In this document: piece after piece, positions 1 through 8,964 of the stretch
Numbering within the stretch: position 1 is the stretch's first letter
Layout of the letters: every line of letters begins with the position of its first letter
The notes under the pieces: model-generated
Seen by the model: only the letters and a program-made list of their open reading frames with translations
The model's database searches: none
What the model was told of the DNA's origin: nothing
From: Acidobacteriota bacterium
Lineage (GTDB): Bacteria; Acidobacteriota; Vicinamibacteria; Vicinamibacterales; UBA2999
Assembly: GCA_016184455.1 (NCBI GenBank)
Contig: JACPCS010000102.1
Span: 11,962-75,961 of the forward strand
Length of the DNA: 64,000 nt
Direction: 5' to 3'
Program-made: the position numbers and the translations under genes

Positions 1-1410
1 GTTGGTCACGCGATCCTCGGCAAGCACCCGACGAATCCCATCTTCGGCGCGTTGCGGATCGGTGAAGTAGTCCTTGAACGGCGTCCCCACCAGCTCGTCC
101 CGGCTGCGCCCCGTGACGGCGCACATCTGGAGATTGACGTCCGTGATCACGCCCAGGGGGTCGGTGGTCATGAGGGCGTCGATGTTCGACTCGATCAGGC
201 CGCGGGTATACGTTTGCTGCTCGCGCAGGGCCTGTTCGACGTCCTTCTGCTGGGTGATCTCCCGAGCCGCGGCCAGGATGCCCGCGACACGGCCCGCCGT
301 GTCCCGGAAGACGGCGGCGTTGAAGGAGACGACAACCTTCCGGCCGGCTTTCGTTCGTACGACCAGCTCGTAGTTGGTGACCACGCTTTCCTCAAAGGTC
401 GTGCGGACGCCCGCCTGCGCGCGGTCCGGTTCCGTGAAGTAGTCGACGAAGGGACTGCCGACGAGCTGCTTGCGGTTGTACCCGGTCAGTTTGGCCGTCT
501 GCTCGTTGACGTCGGTGATCACCCCGTCCGGATCCACCGTCAGCAACGCGTCGACGCTCGATTCGATGAGACTGCGGTTGTAGTTCTGCTGCTCCCGCAG
601 CTCTTCTTCGAGGCGCTTCTGTGCCGTAATGTCGCGGGCGGCCGCCAGGATCCCGGCGATCCGGCCCGACGTATCCTTGAACGTGCCGGCGTTGAAGGAC
701 ACAACCGTCCGCTTGCCGGTCCGTGACTTCAGGACCAGCTCGTAGTTGGTCACCGAGCCCTCGGCCAGCGTCTGCCGTACACCTGCGGCGGCGCGATCAG
801 GTTCGGTGAAGTACTCTTTGAAGAAGCTGCCCACGAGTTCGTCGCGGGGCACCCCCGTGAGCTTGACCATCTGTTCGTTGACGTCCGTGATCGCAAGGTC
901 CGGATCGACGGTCACCAGGGCATCCACGCTCGACTCGATCAGGCCGCGGTTGTAGTTCTGCGATTCGCGCAGTTTTTCCTCAAGCCGCCGCTGTTCGGTG
1001 ACGTCGCGGGCGACGGCGAAGATGCCGCGGACGTTGCCTTCCGTGTCCTTGAAGACCGAGGCGTTGAAGGAGACGAGAATCTCGCGCCGGTGTCGGGAAC
1101 GAAGGAGCAGCTCGTAGTTGGTGACGTAGCCCTCGTTCAGTGTCTGACGGACCCCGGCCTCGGCCCGCTCGGGCTCGGTGAAGTACTCCTGGAACGAACT
1201 TCCGATCAATTGCTCCCGGGTGTAGCCCGTGAGCTTGGCCATCTGCTCGTTCACGTCGGTGATCGTGAGATCCGGGGCGACGGTGAGCATGGCGTCGACC
1301 GACGATTCGATCAGCCCGCGGTTGTAGTTCTGCGCCTGGCGGAGATCGTCTTCGAGGCGCTTCTGATCCGTGATGTCGCGCGCGGCCGCGAACACGCCGC
1401 GGAGCCCGCC
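1..1410 (-). CDS. multi-PAS-domain sensor protein, continuation in a different frame (partial, runs off the left edge)
   Basis: Hand translation of the minus frame whose codons start at coordinates divisible by 3 gives GGLRGVFAAARDITDQKRLEDDLRQAQNYNRGLIESSVDAMLTVAPDLTITDVNEQ... It ends with ...DPQRAEDGIRRVLAEDRVTN at position 1. I saw no stop in the stretches I translated. It is absent from the ORF track because it has no stop in the window. Confidence 0.75.
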
Positions 1411-3090
1411 GGATCCCGTCCTCGGCGCGCCTGGGGTCCGTGAAGTAGTCCTTGAAGGGCGTGCCAATCAGTTCGTCGCGCGTGCGGCCCGTTGCGGCAC
1501 ACATCTGCCGGTTCACGTCGGTGATGACCCCGAGCGTATCGGTGGTCATCAGCGCATCGATGTTCGATTCGATCAGCCCGCGGTTGTACGTTTGTTGCTC
1601 GCGGAGCTCCTGCTCCAGACCCTTCTGGGCTGTGATGTCGCGCGCCGCCGCGAAGATGCCGGCGACCCGCCCGAGGGTGTCTTTGAAGACGGCCGCATTG
1701 AAGGAGACCAGTGCGTCCTTGCCGCTCTTGGAGCGAGCCACCAGTTCGTAGTTCTGGACGACTCCTTCGGCGAACGTCTTGCGGACACCGGCGGTCGCGC
1801 GCTCTGGATCGGTGAAGTAACTGGCGAATGCGCTCCCGACGAGCTTTTGCCGGCCTTCTCCCGTGAGCCGGATCATCTGCTCGTTCACGTCCGTGATCCG
1901 ACCTTCCGGGTCGACGGTCACGAGTGCGTCGACGGACGCCTCAATGAGGCTCCGGCTATAGTTCTGCTGCTCACGCAACTGCTGTTCGAGGCGCCGCTGC
2001 TCGGTGACATCGCGCGCGACGGCGAAAATGCCCCGCACGCGGCCCTCGGTGTCTTTAAAGACCGAGGCGTTGAACGACACCACCGCCTCGCGACGGCTGG
2101 GCGTGCCCAGGGTCAGCTCGTAGTTGGTGACGTAGCCTTCACTCAGCGTCTTGCGGACGCCGGCGGCCGCATGTGCGGGTTCAGTGAAGTAGTCGTTAAA
2201 CCGGCTTCCGATGAGCTGATCCTTCGGGACCTCGGTCAGCTTCACCATCTGTTCGTTGACGTCCGTGATCGCGAGATCCTCGCCGACCGTCACCATCGGA
2301 TCGACGGAGGACTCGATGAGACCGCGAGTGTAGTTCTGCGCCTGCCGCAGCTCTTCCTCGAGCCGCTTCTGTTCAGTGATATCACGCGCGGCCGCGAAGA
2401 TGCCGCGCACGCGCCCCTCGGTATCTTTGAAGACCGAGGCGTTGAAGGACACGAGCGTTTCCTTGCCGCCCTTGGAGCGCAGGAGCAGGACGTAATTGGT
2501 GACGAATCCTTCGGCGAGGGTCTGGTTTACCCCGGCACTCGCGCGCGCCGGATCCGCGAAATAGTCCGGGAAGGGGCTCCCGATCAGCTCTTCTCGCGAG
2601 TAGCCGGTGACGCGGATCGTCTGTTCGTTGACGTCCGTGATCGTGAGCTCTGGGTCCACGGTTAGCAAGGCGTCAACCGAGGCTTCGATCAGCCCCCGGT
2701 TGTAGTTCTGCGTCTGTCGAAGGTCCTCCTCGAGACGCTTCTGCTCGGTGATGTCCCGAGCCGCGGCGAACACGCCACGCAGGCGTCCATCGCCTCCCCG
2801 GAACGTGGTCGCGTTGTACGACACCATCGTCTCTTTGCCGTTCCGGGACCGCATGACGAGCTCGTAGTTCGTCACGCGATCCTCCGAGAGCACTTGGCGG
2901 ATGCCGTCTTCGGCACGCTTGGGGTCCGTGAAATACCGCTTGAAGGGTGTACCGATCAGCTCGTCCCGCGCGTAACCCGTCATCTCGCACATCTGGCGAT
3001 TGACGTCGCTGATGACTCCGAGCGGATCCGTCGTCATGAGCGCGTCGATGTTCGACTCGATCAACCCGCGATTGTATTCTTGCGATTCCT
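1..3090. repeat. tandem PAS-coding repeat: 372-bp unit nested in a 1488-bp (four-PAS) higher-order unit
   Basis: The anchor gatgttcga recurs at 181, 1559 and 3047. The anchor gttgacgtccgtgatcgc recurs at 877 and 2255. Spacings are 1488 (= 4 x 372) and 1378 (1488 minus 110). Confidence 0.85.
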
Positions 3091-3535
3091 TCAGCTCTCC
3101 CACGATGCGTTGCGTCTCGGTGAGATCGCGGGAGATCATCGTGTAGCCGATCGGTGTGCCCGCGGCATCGCGACGGAGCGTGATCACGACGAACGCGGTG
3201 AACCGCGACCCGTCCTTCCGAACGCGACCGAGTTCTCCAGACCACCGACCTACCTGGAGCGCTTCGTCGAGAATCGCCTGCGCCTTGCCCGATTTCACAT
3301 CGTCGGGATCGTGGAGGATGAACGCGCTGGCTTTCCCGACAACGTCCGACAGGTCATAGCCATAGATGCGGTGCGCACCCTCGTTCCAGGCCAGAATGGT
3401 GCCGTCGAGGGCCTTCGCAACGATGGAGTACTCCGTGGAGCTCTCGAGGATGGTGTTGAGGAACGCCACCTGGTCGGTGGGTCCCATCTCGTGCACCGAT
3501 GCGTCCGGGTGGGTGATAAGGGGTTGCTCAGACAT
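980..3535 (-). CDS. multi-PAS-domain sensor protein, N-terminal part (PAS homology is lost in this frame at about 1410)
   Basis: ORF 980..3562 (-). The ATG at 3535 is preceded by GGAGGG. Translation gives one divergent PAS, then ~124-aa PAS modules (NYNRGLIESNIDALMTTDPLGVISDVNRQM...ARDITEQKRLEE...). After ...RRAEDGIR (about 1411) it becomes Arg/Pro-rich sequence up to the stop at 980. Confidence 0.8.
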   Translation of the reverse strand: MSEQPLITHPDASVHEMGPTDQVAFLNTILESSTEYSIVAKALDGTILAWNEGAHRIYGYDLSDVVGKASAFILHDPDDVKSGKAQAILDEALQVGRWSGELGRVRKDGSRFTAFVVITLRRDAAGTPIGYTMISRDLTETQRIVGELKESQEYNRGLIESNIDALMTTDPLGVISDVNRQMCEMTGYARDELIGTPFKRYFTDPKRAEDGIRQVLSEDRVTNYELVMRSRNGKETMVSYNATTFRGGDGRLRGVFAAARDITEQKRLEEDLRQTQNYNRGLIEASVDALLTVDPELTITDVNEQTIRVTGYSREELIGSPFPDYFADPARASAGVNQTLAEGFVTNYVLLLRSKGGKETLVSFNASVFKDTEGRVRGIFAAARDITEQKRLEEELRQAQNYTRGLIESSVDPMVTVGEDLAITDVNEQMVKLTEVPKDQLIGSRFNDYFTEPAHAAAGVRKTLSEGYVTNYELTLGTPSRREAVVSFNASVFKDTEGRVRGIFAVARDVTEQRRLEQQLREQQNYSRSLIEASVDALVTVDPEGRITDVNEQMIRLTGEGRQKLVGSAFASYFTDPERATAGVRKTFAEGVVQNYELVARSKSGKDALVSFNAAVFKDTLGRVAGIFAAARDITAQKGLEQELREQQTYNRGLIESNIDALMTTDTLGVITDVNRQMCAATGRTRDELIGTPFKDYFTDPRRAEDGIRRAPRRVRGRARHHGSEAPRRRSPPGAELQPRADRIVGRRHAHRRPGSHDHRRERADGQAHGLHPGAIDRKFVPGVLHRARAGRGRGPSDTERGLRHQLRAAPSFPTPARDSRLLQRLGLQGHGRQRPRHLRRRPRRHRTAAA

Positions 3536-3611
3536 TGACCCTCCGTGCCACGGGTATTGCAAACGCGTGGTGAACCCGATCGATCAGGCGAAACACGACG
3601 AGCTGCGCTGC

Positions 3612-4310
3612 TCACCGATTTCGGGGTTGGCTGGCGTCGCTACACAGGTTGGTCGGTGGCGCGCCAGGACTGCGATCGGCCGATCCACCCCTCGGTGCCG
3701 CGTCGCCATCCTTCCCCGTCGCCACGATCCCGGTCAGGTCATCGCTCTGCCTGGCGGTCAGCACCTTCGACCGAAACGCCGCGTTCACCACGCCGTCTGG
3801 TCCCGCGGACGCCACGATGGTCACGTAGTCCGTCCCGGTCGCCGCCACACAGCCAACATTGATGCCGTACCGGGCGCCCCACGGATCGGCGCCGAGCCCT
3901 TCCAGGTAGGGTCCCCGCCAGCGGCGATAGCCAACCGTGTTCTCGACCATGTGCGCGTACAGGTCCTGCACGAGCCGGCCATCCATGGGCAGGGTCCAGG
4001 GCCGCGCCTCGTCTCCTCCCGGCTCAGGGATGTCACCGTCACTGACGAGAAGGCTCGGCGGTGGCCCGCCGTTGGCACCCTGCAGCCTCCCGACATCGCT
4101 CAGGAAATAGGTGACCGACGTGACGAGCGCGTGCACATCCCCCCTCGCCTTGATGGTCCGCGCCACGTTGAGATACTCGCCGATATGACTCCCGGCCGTG
4201 CCGGCAACGATGGCCACCGCCGTAATGACCACCGTGGCTTCCAGCAGCGAGAAGCCGGTCTCGCGGCGCACCTGACTACGCCAGAGGACCACGTCGCACC
4301 TGCCTTTCAC
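3612..4310 (-). CDS. prepilin-type N-terminal cleavage/methylation domain protein, GspG-like pseudopilin
   Basis: ORF 3612..4388 (-). It carries the prepilin motif RRETG|FSLLEATVVITAVAIVAG and a GspG-like C-terminus (DPWGARY...ASAGPDG). The GTG at 4310 overlaps the permease stop as GTGA. An alternative GTG lies at 4292. Confidence 0.7.
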   Translation of the reverse strand: MKGRCDVVLWRSQVRRETGFSLLEATVVITAVAIVAGTAGSHIGEYLNVARTIKARGDVHALVTSVTYFLSDVGRLQGANGGPPPSLLVSDGDIPEPGGDEARPWTLPMDGRLVQDLYAHMVENTVGYRRWRGPYLEGLGADPWGARYGINVGCVAATGTDYVTIVASAGPDGVVNAAFRSKVLTARQSDDLTGIVATGKDGDAAPRGGSADRSPGAPPTNLCSDASQPRNR

Positions 4311-5053
4311 ACCTCGCGCCGTCGCCACCCGTAGGTGCCAATGCCATAGGCTGCCAGCGCCCATAGACCCAGATAGCTCAGGCGCCACAGGTTGTCGATC
4401 ACGCCGTCGCCGTGCACGAACGCGCCGTTCAGGCCGTCAACCAGCGGCGCCGCCGGAAGGATCCAGCGCACATCGGCCCACGCGGATGGCATCATCGCCA
4501 CGGGCAGCGAGGCGCCGCTCAACGCCATCATCGGAATCAGGACGAGGTTGACCATCCTGTTGGCCACGTGGACCGCCGGCGCGAACGCGGCGACGAGAAA
4601 TCCGATGGCCCCGAACGCGACGCTCCCCATCATGAGGAGCGTCACCCAGCTCACAGCGCCGCCCCGCCAGCTCACGTCGAACAGGAAATGCGCCGCCAGC
4701 ACCTGGACGATCGCGGCCAGCAGCACGATGAGCGTGCGCGCCAGAACGGACGCGAGCACGATCCCCGCAAACGGCGCGGGCGTCAGCCAGTAGCGGCGGA
4801 AGACCCCCCGCTCGCGCGCGGCGGCCAGGCCAATCCCGACGCTGAAGAGTGCGTTGGCCATCACGCCGATGGTGACGATGGACGCGGTGAGCGCGATGCG
4901 CACGGCGCTTTCGCCGCCGCTCAGGAAACCGAGGAACACCAGCAGCAGCACCAGGAAAAATCCGAAGTTCCAGAAGACGATCTGATGATCGCGGAGGAGC
5001 AGTCGCAGGAACGTGGCGGTCAGACGAACCACCCGCCCGAGGTGGCGCCTCAT
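4307..5053 (-). CDS. ABC-2 type transporter permease
   Basis: ORF 4307..5056 (-) with multiple hydrophobic helices and an ABC-2 permease-like layout. The ATG at 5053 overlaps the ATPase stop (ATGA). Confidence 0.7.
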   Translation of the reverse strand: MRRHLGRVVRLTATFLRLLLRDHQIVFWNFGFFLVLLLVFLGFLSGGESAVRIALTASIVTIGVMANALFSVGIGLAAARERGVFRRYWLTPAPFAGIVLASVLARTLIVLLAAIVQVLAAHFLFDVSWRGGAVSWVTLLMMGSVAFGAIGFLVAAFAPAVHVANRMVNLVLIPMMALSGASLPVAMMPSAWADVRWILPAAPLVDGLNGAFVHGDGVIDNLWRLSYLGLWALAAYGIGTYGWRRREV

Positions 5054-5997
5054 CACGCGCGCCCTCCCGCGATGAGATCGAAAAAGACATCCTCCAGGCC
5101 GGGCCGGTGCATGGCGAGGGAGCGCGGTGTGGCGTGGTGCTGATCGAGCAGGCGGATCAAGGCTCGCATCGTGGCGAACCCGTCGCGCGAGGACACGGCG
5201 TAGGTGTCACCCCGCCGCCCGGCTGCTCCGACCGCCCCGTCCAGCCGCGCCAGCGCGTCCGTGTCGATCTCCGGTTTGGACAGATCGAAGACCACCTGCA
5301 CAGGTGCATGCGCGCGCGCGAGCAGCCCGGCCGGGGTGTCCACGTCGACGAGGCGCCCGGCCTCGAGGATGGCAATCCGGTCGCCAAGACGTTCCGCTTC
5401 ATCCAGATGGTTGGTGGTAATGACGGAGGTACGGCCCTGCTCCCGCCTGAGGCGCAACAGATTCCAGACTCGCCGGGCGCTGTCCGGATCGAGATCGCGA
5501 GTCGGATCATCGGCAAACAGGACGACCGGGTCGTTCACCAGGGCCAGGGCCAGCGAGAACCGTTGTGCGATCGACGGTGGCAGCGTTTGCACCGGACGCC
5601 GGCGGACCGCGACCAGGTCCATCGTCTCCAGGAGTGACGCCGTCGTCACTCGCCGCTCGTAAAACGTCCCGAACAACGTCAGGGCTTCCTCGACGGTCAG
5701 GTGGCGTTCCACACTCGCGCCGGAGGGCGCCACCCCGATCCGCTGCTTGACGGCGGGGGCCAACCGGCGAGGATCGGCCCCGCAGACGCTCAACTGGTCG
5801 GCCGCGACACGCCGAAGACCGACGAGGCTTTCGAGCAACGCGGTCTTGCCCGAACCGGCGCGCCCGACAATGGCAAAAATCTCACCCGGCAGGATGTCGA
5901 GGTCCACCGGCAGCAGGGATGGCCTGGCGTCACCCAGGGTGCGGAGTCCCCGCGCGAAGACCACCGTGTCCAGTGCGAGCGGAAGAGATCCGTCCAT
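5053..5997 (-). CDS. ABC transporter ATP-binding protein with degenerate signature and Walker B motifs
   Basis: Walker A (GRAGSGKT) and the H-loop (TTNH) are present. The signature reads LPPSIAQR instead of LSGGQ, and Walker B reads VLFADDPT instead of ..DEPT. Confidence 0.75.
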   Translation of the reverse strand: MDGSLPLALDTVVFARGLRTLGDARPSLLPVDLDILPGEIFAIVGRAGSGKTALLESLVGLRRVAADQLSVCGADPRRLAPAVKQRIGVAPSGASVERHLTVEEALTLFGTFYERRVTTASLLETMDLVAVRRRPVQTLPPSIAQRFSLALALVNDPVVLFADDPTRDLDPDSARRVWNLLRLRREQGRTSVITTNHLDEAERLGDRIAILEAGRLVDVDTPAGLLARAHAPVQVVFDLSKPEIDTDALARLDGAVGAAGRRGDTYAVSSRDGFATMRALIRLLDQHHATPRSLAMHRPGLEDVFFDLIAGGRA

Positions 5998-6028
5998 CAG
6001 GGCTTTCCCCCGCTGAAAGTGGTTGCTT

Positions 6029-7024
6029 CTACTCCTCGGTTCCGGCCGGCCGCTCGAGCCGGCTGGTCCGGCCCAACGTGATGAAGTCGTCTACCAGGGT
6101 CCGATCTCGCCAGCCTTTCTGTGCCTCGACGGACAGCTCCTCGTATGCCCGCTCCGGCGGCAGCGCCGCTCTGTACGGCCGGTCGGTCGTGAGGGCGTCG
6201 TAGACGTCGACGAGGCCCACGATCTGCGCCAGAAGTGGAATCGCGTCGCCTCGGAGGCCATCGGGATAGCCGGTGCCATCCAGCCGCTCGTGGTGGTGTC
6301 GAACAATCGGACGAACCAGGCGCAGGGAGCGCAACTCCCCGCAGATTGATTCTCCGATCACCGTGTGCCGTTTCATCGCGTCGTACTCGTCGGTGGTCAA
6401 AGGCCCCGGCTTCAGCAGGATGGTATCGGAGACCCCCACCTTCCCCACATCGTGCAGCAGGCCGCCGCGGTGGAGCGCCGCGAGATCGTCGTCACCGAGA
6501 TCCCGGTGCGCGCCCAACGCCACGGCATAGCGCGCCAGCCGCTGGCAGTGACCCTGGGTGTAGGGATCGCGCGCCTCGATCGTCACCGCCAGGCTGAAGA
6601 TCACCGATTCCGCGGAGTCCAACTCGTCCGTGTACCGCTTGAGCCGGACGAGGGATCGAGCACGCGCGCGCAGCTCGTGGGGGTTGACCGGCTTCGTCAG
6701 AAAATCATCCGCCCCCGCACTAATCCCGTGGATCTTGTCTTCGCGCTCCTGCAGGGCGGTGATCAACACGACGGGCGTCAGCCGCGTGGCGGGATCGTGT
6801 TTGAGCCGCCGGCACACCTCGAAGCCGTCGAGTTTCGGCATCATGACGTCGAGCAGTATCAAATCGGGCCGCTCACGTGCGACCGCCGCGAGCGCCGCCT
6901 CGCCGTCGGCGGCGGTGTGCACGGTGTAGCCCTCGCGCCTCAACATCCCCTCCAGCAACTCCACGTTCGCCTGCGCATCGTCGACCACGAGGATCTTGCC
7001 GGCGTTTTGGATCATCTCGCGCAT
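6029..7024 (-). CDS. response regulator with HD-GYP domain (RpfG-family c-di-GMP phosphodiesterase type)
   Basis: The receiver domain reads KILVVDDAQANVELL...DLILLDVMMPKLDGFE. The HD-GYP motifs read LLHDVGKVGV and HHERLDGTGYPDGL. Confidence 0.85.
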   Translation of the reverse strand: MREMIQNAGKILVVDDAQANVELLEGMLRREGYTVHTAADGEAALAAVARERPDLILLDVMMPKLDGFEVCRRLKHDPATRLTPVVLITALQEREDKIHGISAGADDFLTKPVNPHELRARARSLVRLKRYTDELDSAESVIFSLAVTIEARDPYTQGHCQRLARYAVALGAHRDLGDDDLAALHRGGLLHDVGKVGVSDTILLKPGPLTTDEYDAMKRHTVIGESICGELRSLRLVRPIVRHHHERLDGTGYPDGLRGDAIPLLAQIVGLVDVYDALTTDRPYRAALPPERAYEELSVEAQKGWRDRTLVDDFITLGRTSRLERPAGTEE

Positions 7025-7441
7025 CGCTCCGTTCGTGCCCAGCCTTCAGACCGACCTGGGGGACGGTCGGACACTACAGTCCGGCTCGCGGCCGCTCCAG
7101 TTCCATTACGCTCCCCGCGGGGCCAGAATTCGCGAACAGGATACACGAGGAAATGTTTGTGCAAATCGGCGGTTTACAACGATCTGATAGGACTCTTCAG
7201 CGCACTATGGTCAAGTGTGGGTCGCTGTCGGCGACGCACCAAGAAGGGCGCGCGCGGATGCCCTCGCTCCCGTATCGAGTGGTGTCAGCGGATCAGCGCG
7301 GTTGAGCGCCGCTTCCCCGAGTACGACGTGCTCGTCGAGGACCTGCCGAACTACGTGCGCTGCGCCTGCATCAGCCAGGAAGATCTGTTGGTGATTGCTG
7401 ATTGTGGATCGTCACCGTCGGGTGTGCATTCGGGGCTGCGG

Positions 7442-8053
7442 TCAGTCTCGCGCGCAGGTCACGGCCGACCAGATCGGCGGCCAGTTCACCTTCTGGATCC
7501 TGACGGTCCGAAGCCCGGCAGCCTCGAGGAGCGGCGGCAGATCGACGTCCGCCCTGAACCCGATGTGCCGCGTCAGAGGCGACAACGCCCGCTCCACGTC
7601 CGCCATCAGGGGTCTCGCGCTCCGGAAGTGGTTCAGGATCACGATGCGCCCGCCGGGCCGGCAGACGCGGCGCATCTCGCGGAGGGCCTGCAGCGGATCC
7701 GGGACCACGCTGATGACGTACGGCGCCAGGACGCGGTCGAATGAGGCGTCCGCGAAGGTGAGGTGCGTGGCGTCTGAGGCAAGCAGCCGGACGTGGGTCA
7801 GGCCGCGACGCACGACGCGCGCCTTCGCACGCCGCAGCATCGACGCGGACAGATCGACGGCCGTTACCCGGCAGGCGCGCGGATAGAGAGCCGCTGTCAG
7901 CGCCGTGCCGGTGCCCACCTCGAGCACCTGGTCGCCCGGCCCGATGCCGAGCGCGGCCACCGCGGCCACGCGGCCCGGGTGCAGCGGCGCGCCGAAGATC
8001 AGATCGTAAACGGTCGGGTGGTAATAGCCGTGCTCATGAAGAGACAGCGCCAT
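7442..8053 (-). CDS. class I SAM-dependent methyltransferase, PmtA-like (phospholipid N-methyltransferase type)
   Basis: SAM-binding VLEVGTGTA and DLSASMLRRAKARV. From memory, the overall pattern (YDLIFG..LHPGR ... PGGRIVILNHF) resembles Rhodobacter-type PmtA. It is a paralog of the next gene. Confidence 0.6.
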   Translation of the reverse strand: MALSLHEHGYYHPTVYDLIFGAPLHPGRVAAVAALGIGPGDQVLEVGTGTALTAALYPRACRVTAVDLSASMLRRAKARVVRRGLTHVRLLASDATHLTFADASFDRVLAPYVISVVPDPLQALREMRRVCRPGGRIVILNHFRSARPLMADVERALSPLTRHIGFRADVDLPPLLEAAGLRTVRIQKVNWPPIWSAVTCARD

Positions 8054-8072
8054 GCCACACCCTCACGTCGCA

Positions 8073-8118
8073 ACGTACATACCGGTGGGTCCGGCTGAAG
8101 CCGGACACCACGTACTCG
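8073..8118. repeat. REP-like hairpin element, copy A (GTCCGGC-TGAA-GCCGGAC + ACCACGTAC)
   Basis: The 7-bp stem with a TGAA loop lies at 8089..8106, in the 68-bp gap between the two tandem methyltransferases. The core is shared with copies at 33837, 36099, 37922 and 39133. Confidence 0.8.
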
Positions 8119-8121
8119 AGT

Positions 8122-8811
8122 TCAGTTTTTTCTACAGAGGACGAGCGACCACAGCCGCGGGATGCTGACCTTCTCGATCGAAACCGGGTGCAGGTCCGTC
8201 TGCACGAGGAACCCCGGCAGATCGAGATCCGCCTTGAACCCGATGTGCACGGTGAGCGGCGAGAGCGCCCGGTCGAGGCGCGAGAATACGACGTTTGCGC
8301 TGCGGAAGTGATTCAGAAAGACGATCTTCCCGCCCGTCCGGCAGACGCGCCGCATCTCGCTGACGACCTTGACGGGATCGGGCACGCAGTTGATCAAGTA
8401 CGGCGCATAGACGATGTCGAACGACTCGTCCGGGAACCGCAGCGCGGCGGCGTCCATCTGTATCAGCCGGATGTGCGGGAGCTCCTTGCGCCGGATCCGC
8501 GCGCGCGCCTTCTCGAGCATCGAGGCCGAGAAGTCGATGCCGGTCACGCGGCAGTACCGCGGATACAGGGATGCGTTGATCCCCGTGCCCACGCCGACCT
8601 CGAGCACGCGATCGCCAGGACGGATGTCGATCCGCTCGAGCGCACACAGCCGGCCGGGATGCAGAATCGGACCGAAGACCCAGTCGTAGACAGTCGACAG
8701 CTTGTCGTAGACGCCTTCGACGAAATCGTTCTCGATCGCGATGACCGAGAGCGCCTGGCTCCCGACCTCCGGCCGGAACTTGTCGTTTTCACGCTCGAAG
8801 AGCGATATCAC
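8122..8811 (-). CDS. class I SAM-dependent methyltransferase, PmtA-like, second tandem paralog
   Basis: ORF 8122..8961 (-). The likely start is the GTG at 8811, preceded by GGAGAA. Motifs are VLEVGVGTG, IDFSASMLEKARARI and TGGKIVFLNHF. Codon usage is visibly more A/T-rich than in the neighbour. Confidence 0.6.
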   Translation of the reverse strand: MISLFERENDKFRPEVGSQALSVIAIENDFVEGVYDKLSTVYDWVFGPILHPGRLCALERIDIRPGDRVLEVGVGTGINASLYPRYCRVTGIDFSASMLEKARARIRRKELPHIRLIQMDAAALRFPDESFDIVYAPYLINCVPDPVKVVSEMRRVCRTGGKIVFLNHFRSANVVFSRLDRALSPLTVHIGFKADLDLPGFLVQTDLHPVSIEKVSIPRLWSLVLCRKN

Positions 8812-8964
8812 CGATTTCTCCGCCGCAAGGCACCGGCACCCCTCGCGCAGGCGCGATGGGGACCCCGCCCGCGCCCTGAGAATGGAATCTCCTGGAGGTC
8901 TGGCCCTGTGACCGTGCTTGGACCGCCCCGGCACTATACAACGACACGCCGAAAAGCCCAAACA

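Noticed and set aside
7200-7441. A possible small Cys-containing protein (…CPRSRIEWCQRISAVERRFPEYDVLVEDLPNYVRCACISQEDLLVIADCG…) in the 417-bp gap upstream of the HD-GYP regulator. I briefly considered it ComFB-like (CxC...D..A).
   Set aside because: The frame has no stop until 7744, deep inside the antisense of the methyltransferase gene. The Cys spacing does not match the ComFB CxCxxCxxD pattern, and no convincing start or RBS is present. I left it as a long, lower-GC intergenic region that may hold promoters or an sRNA.
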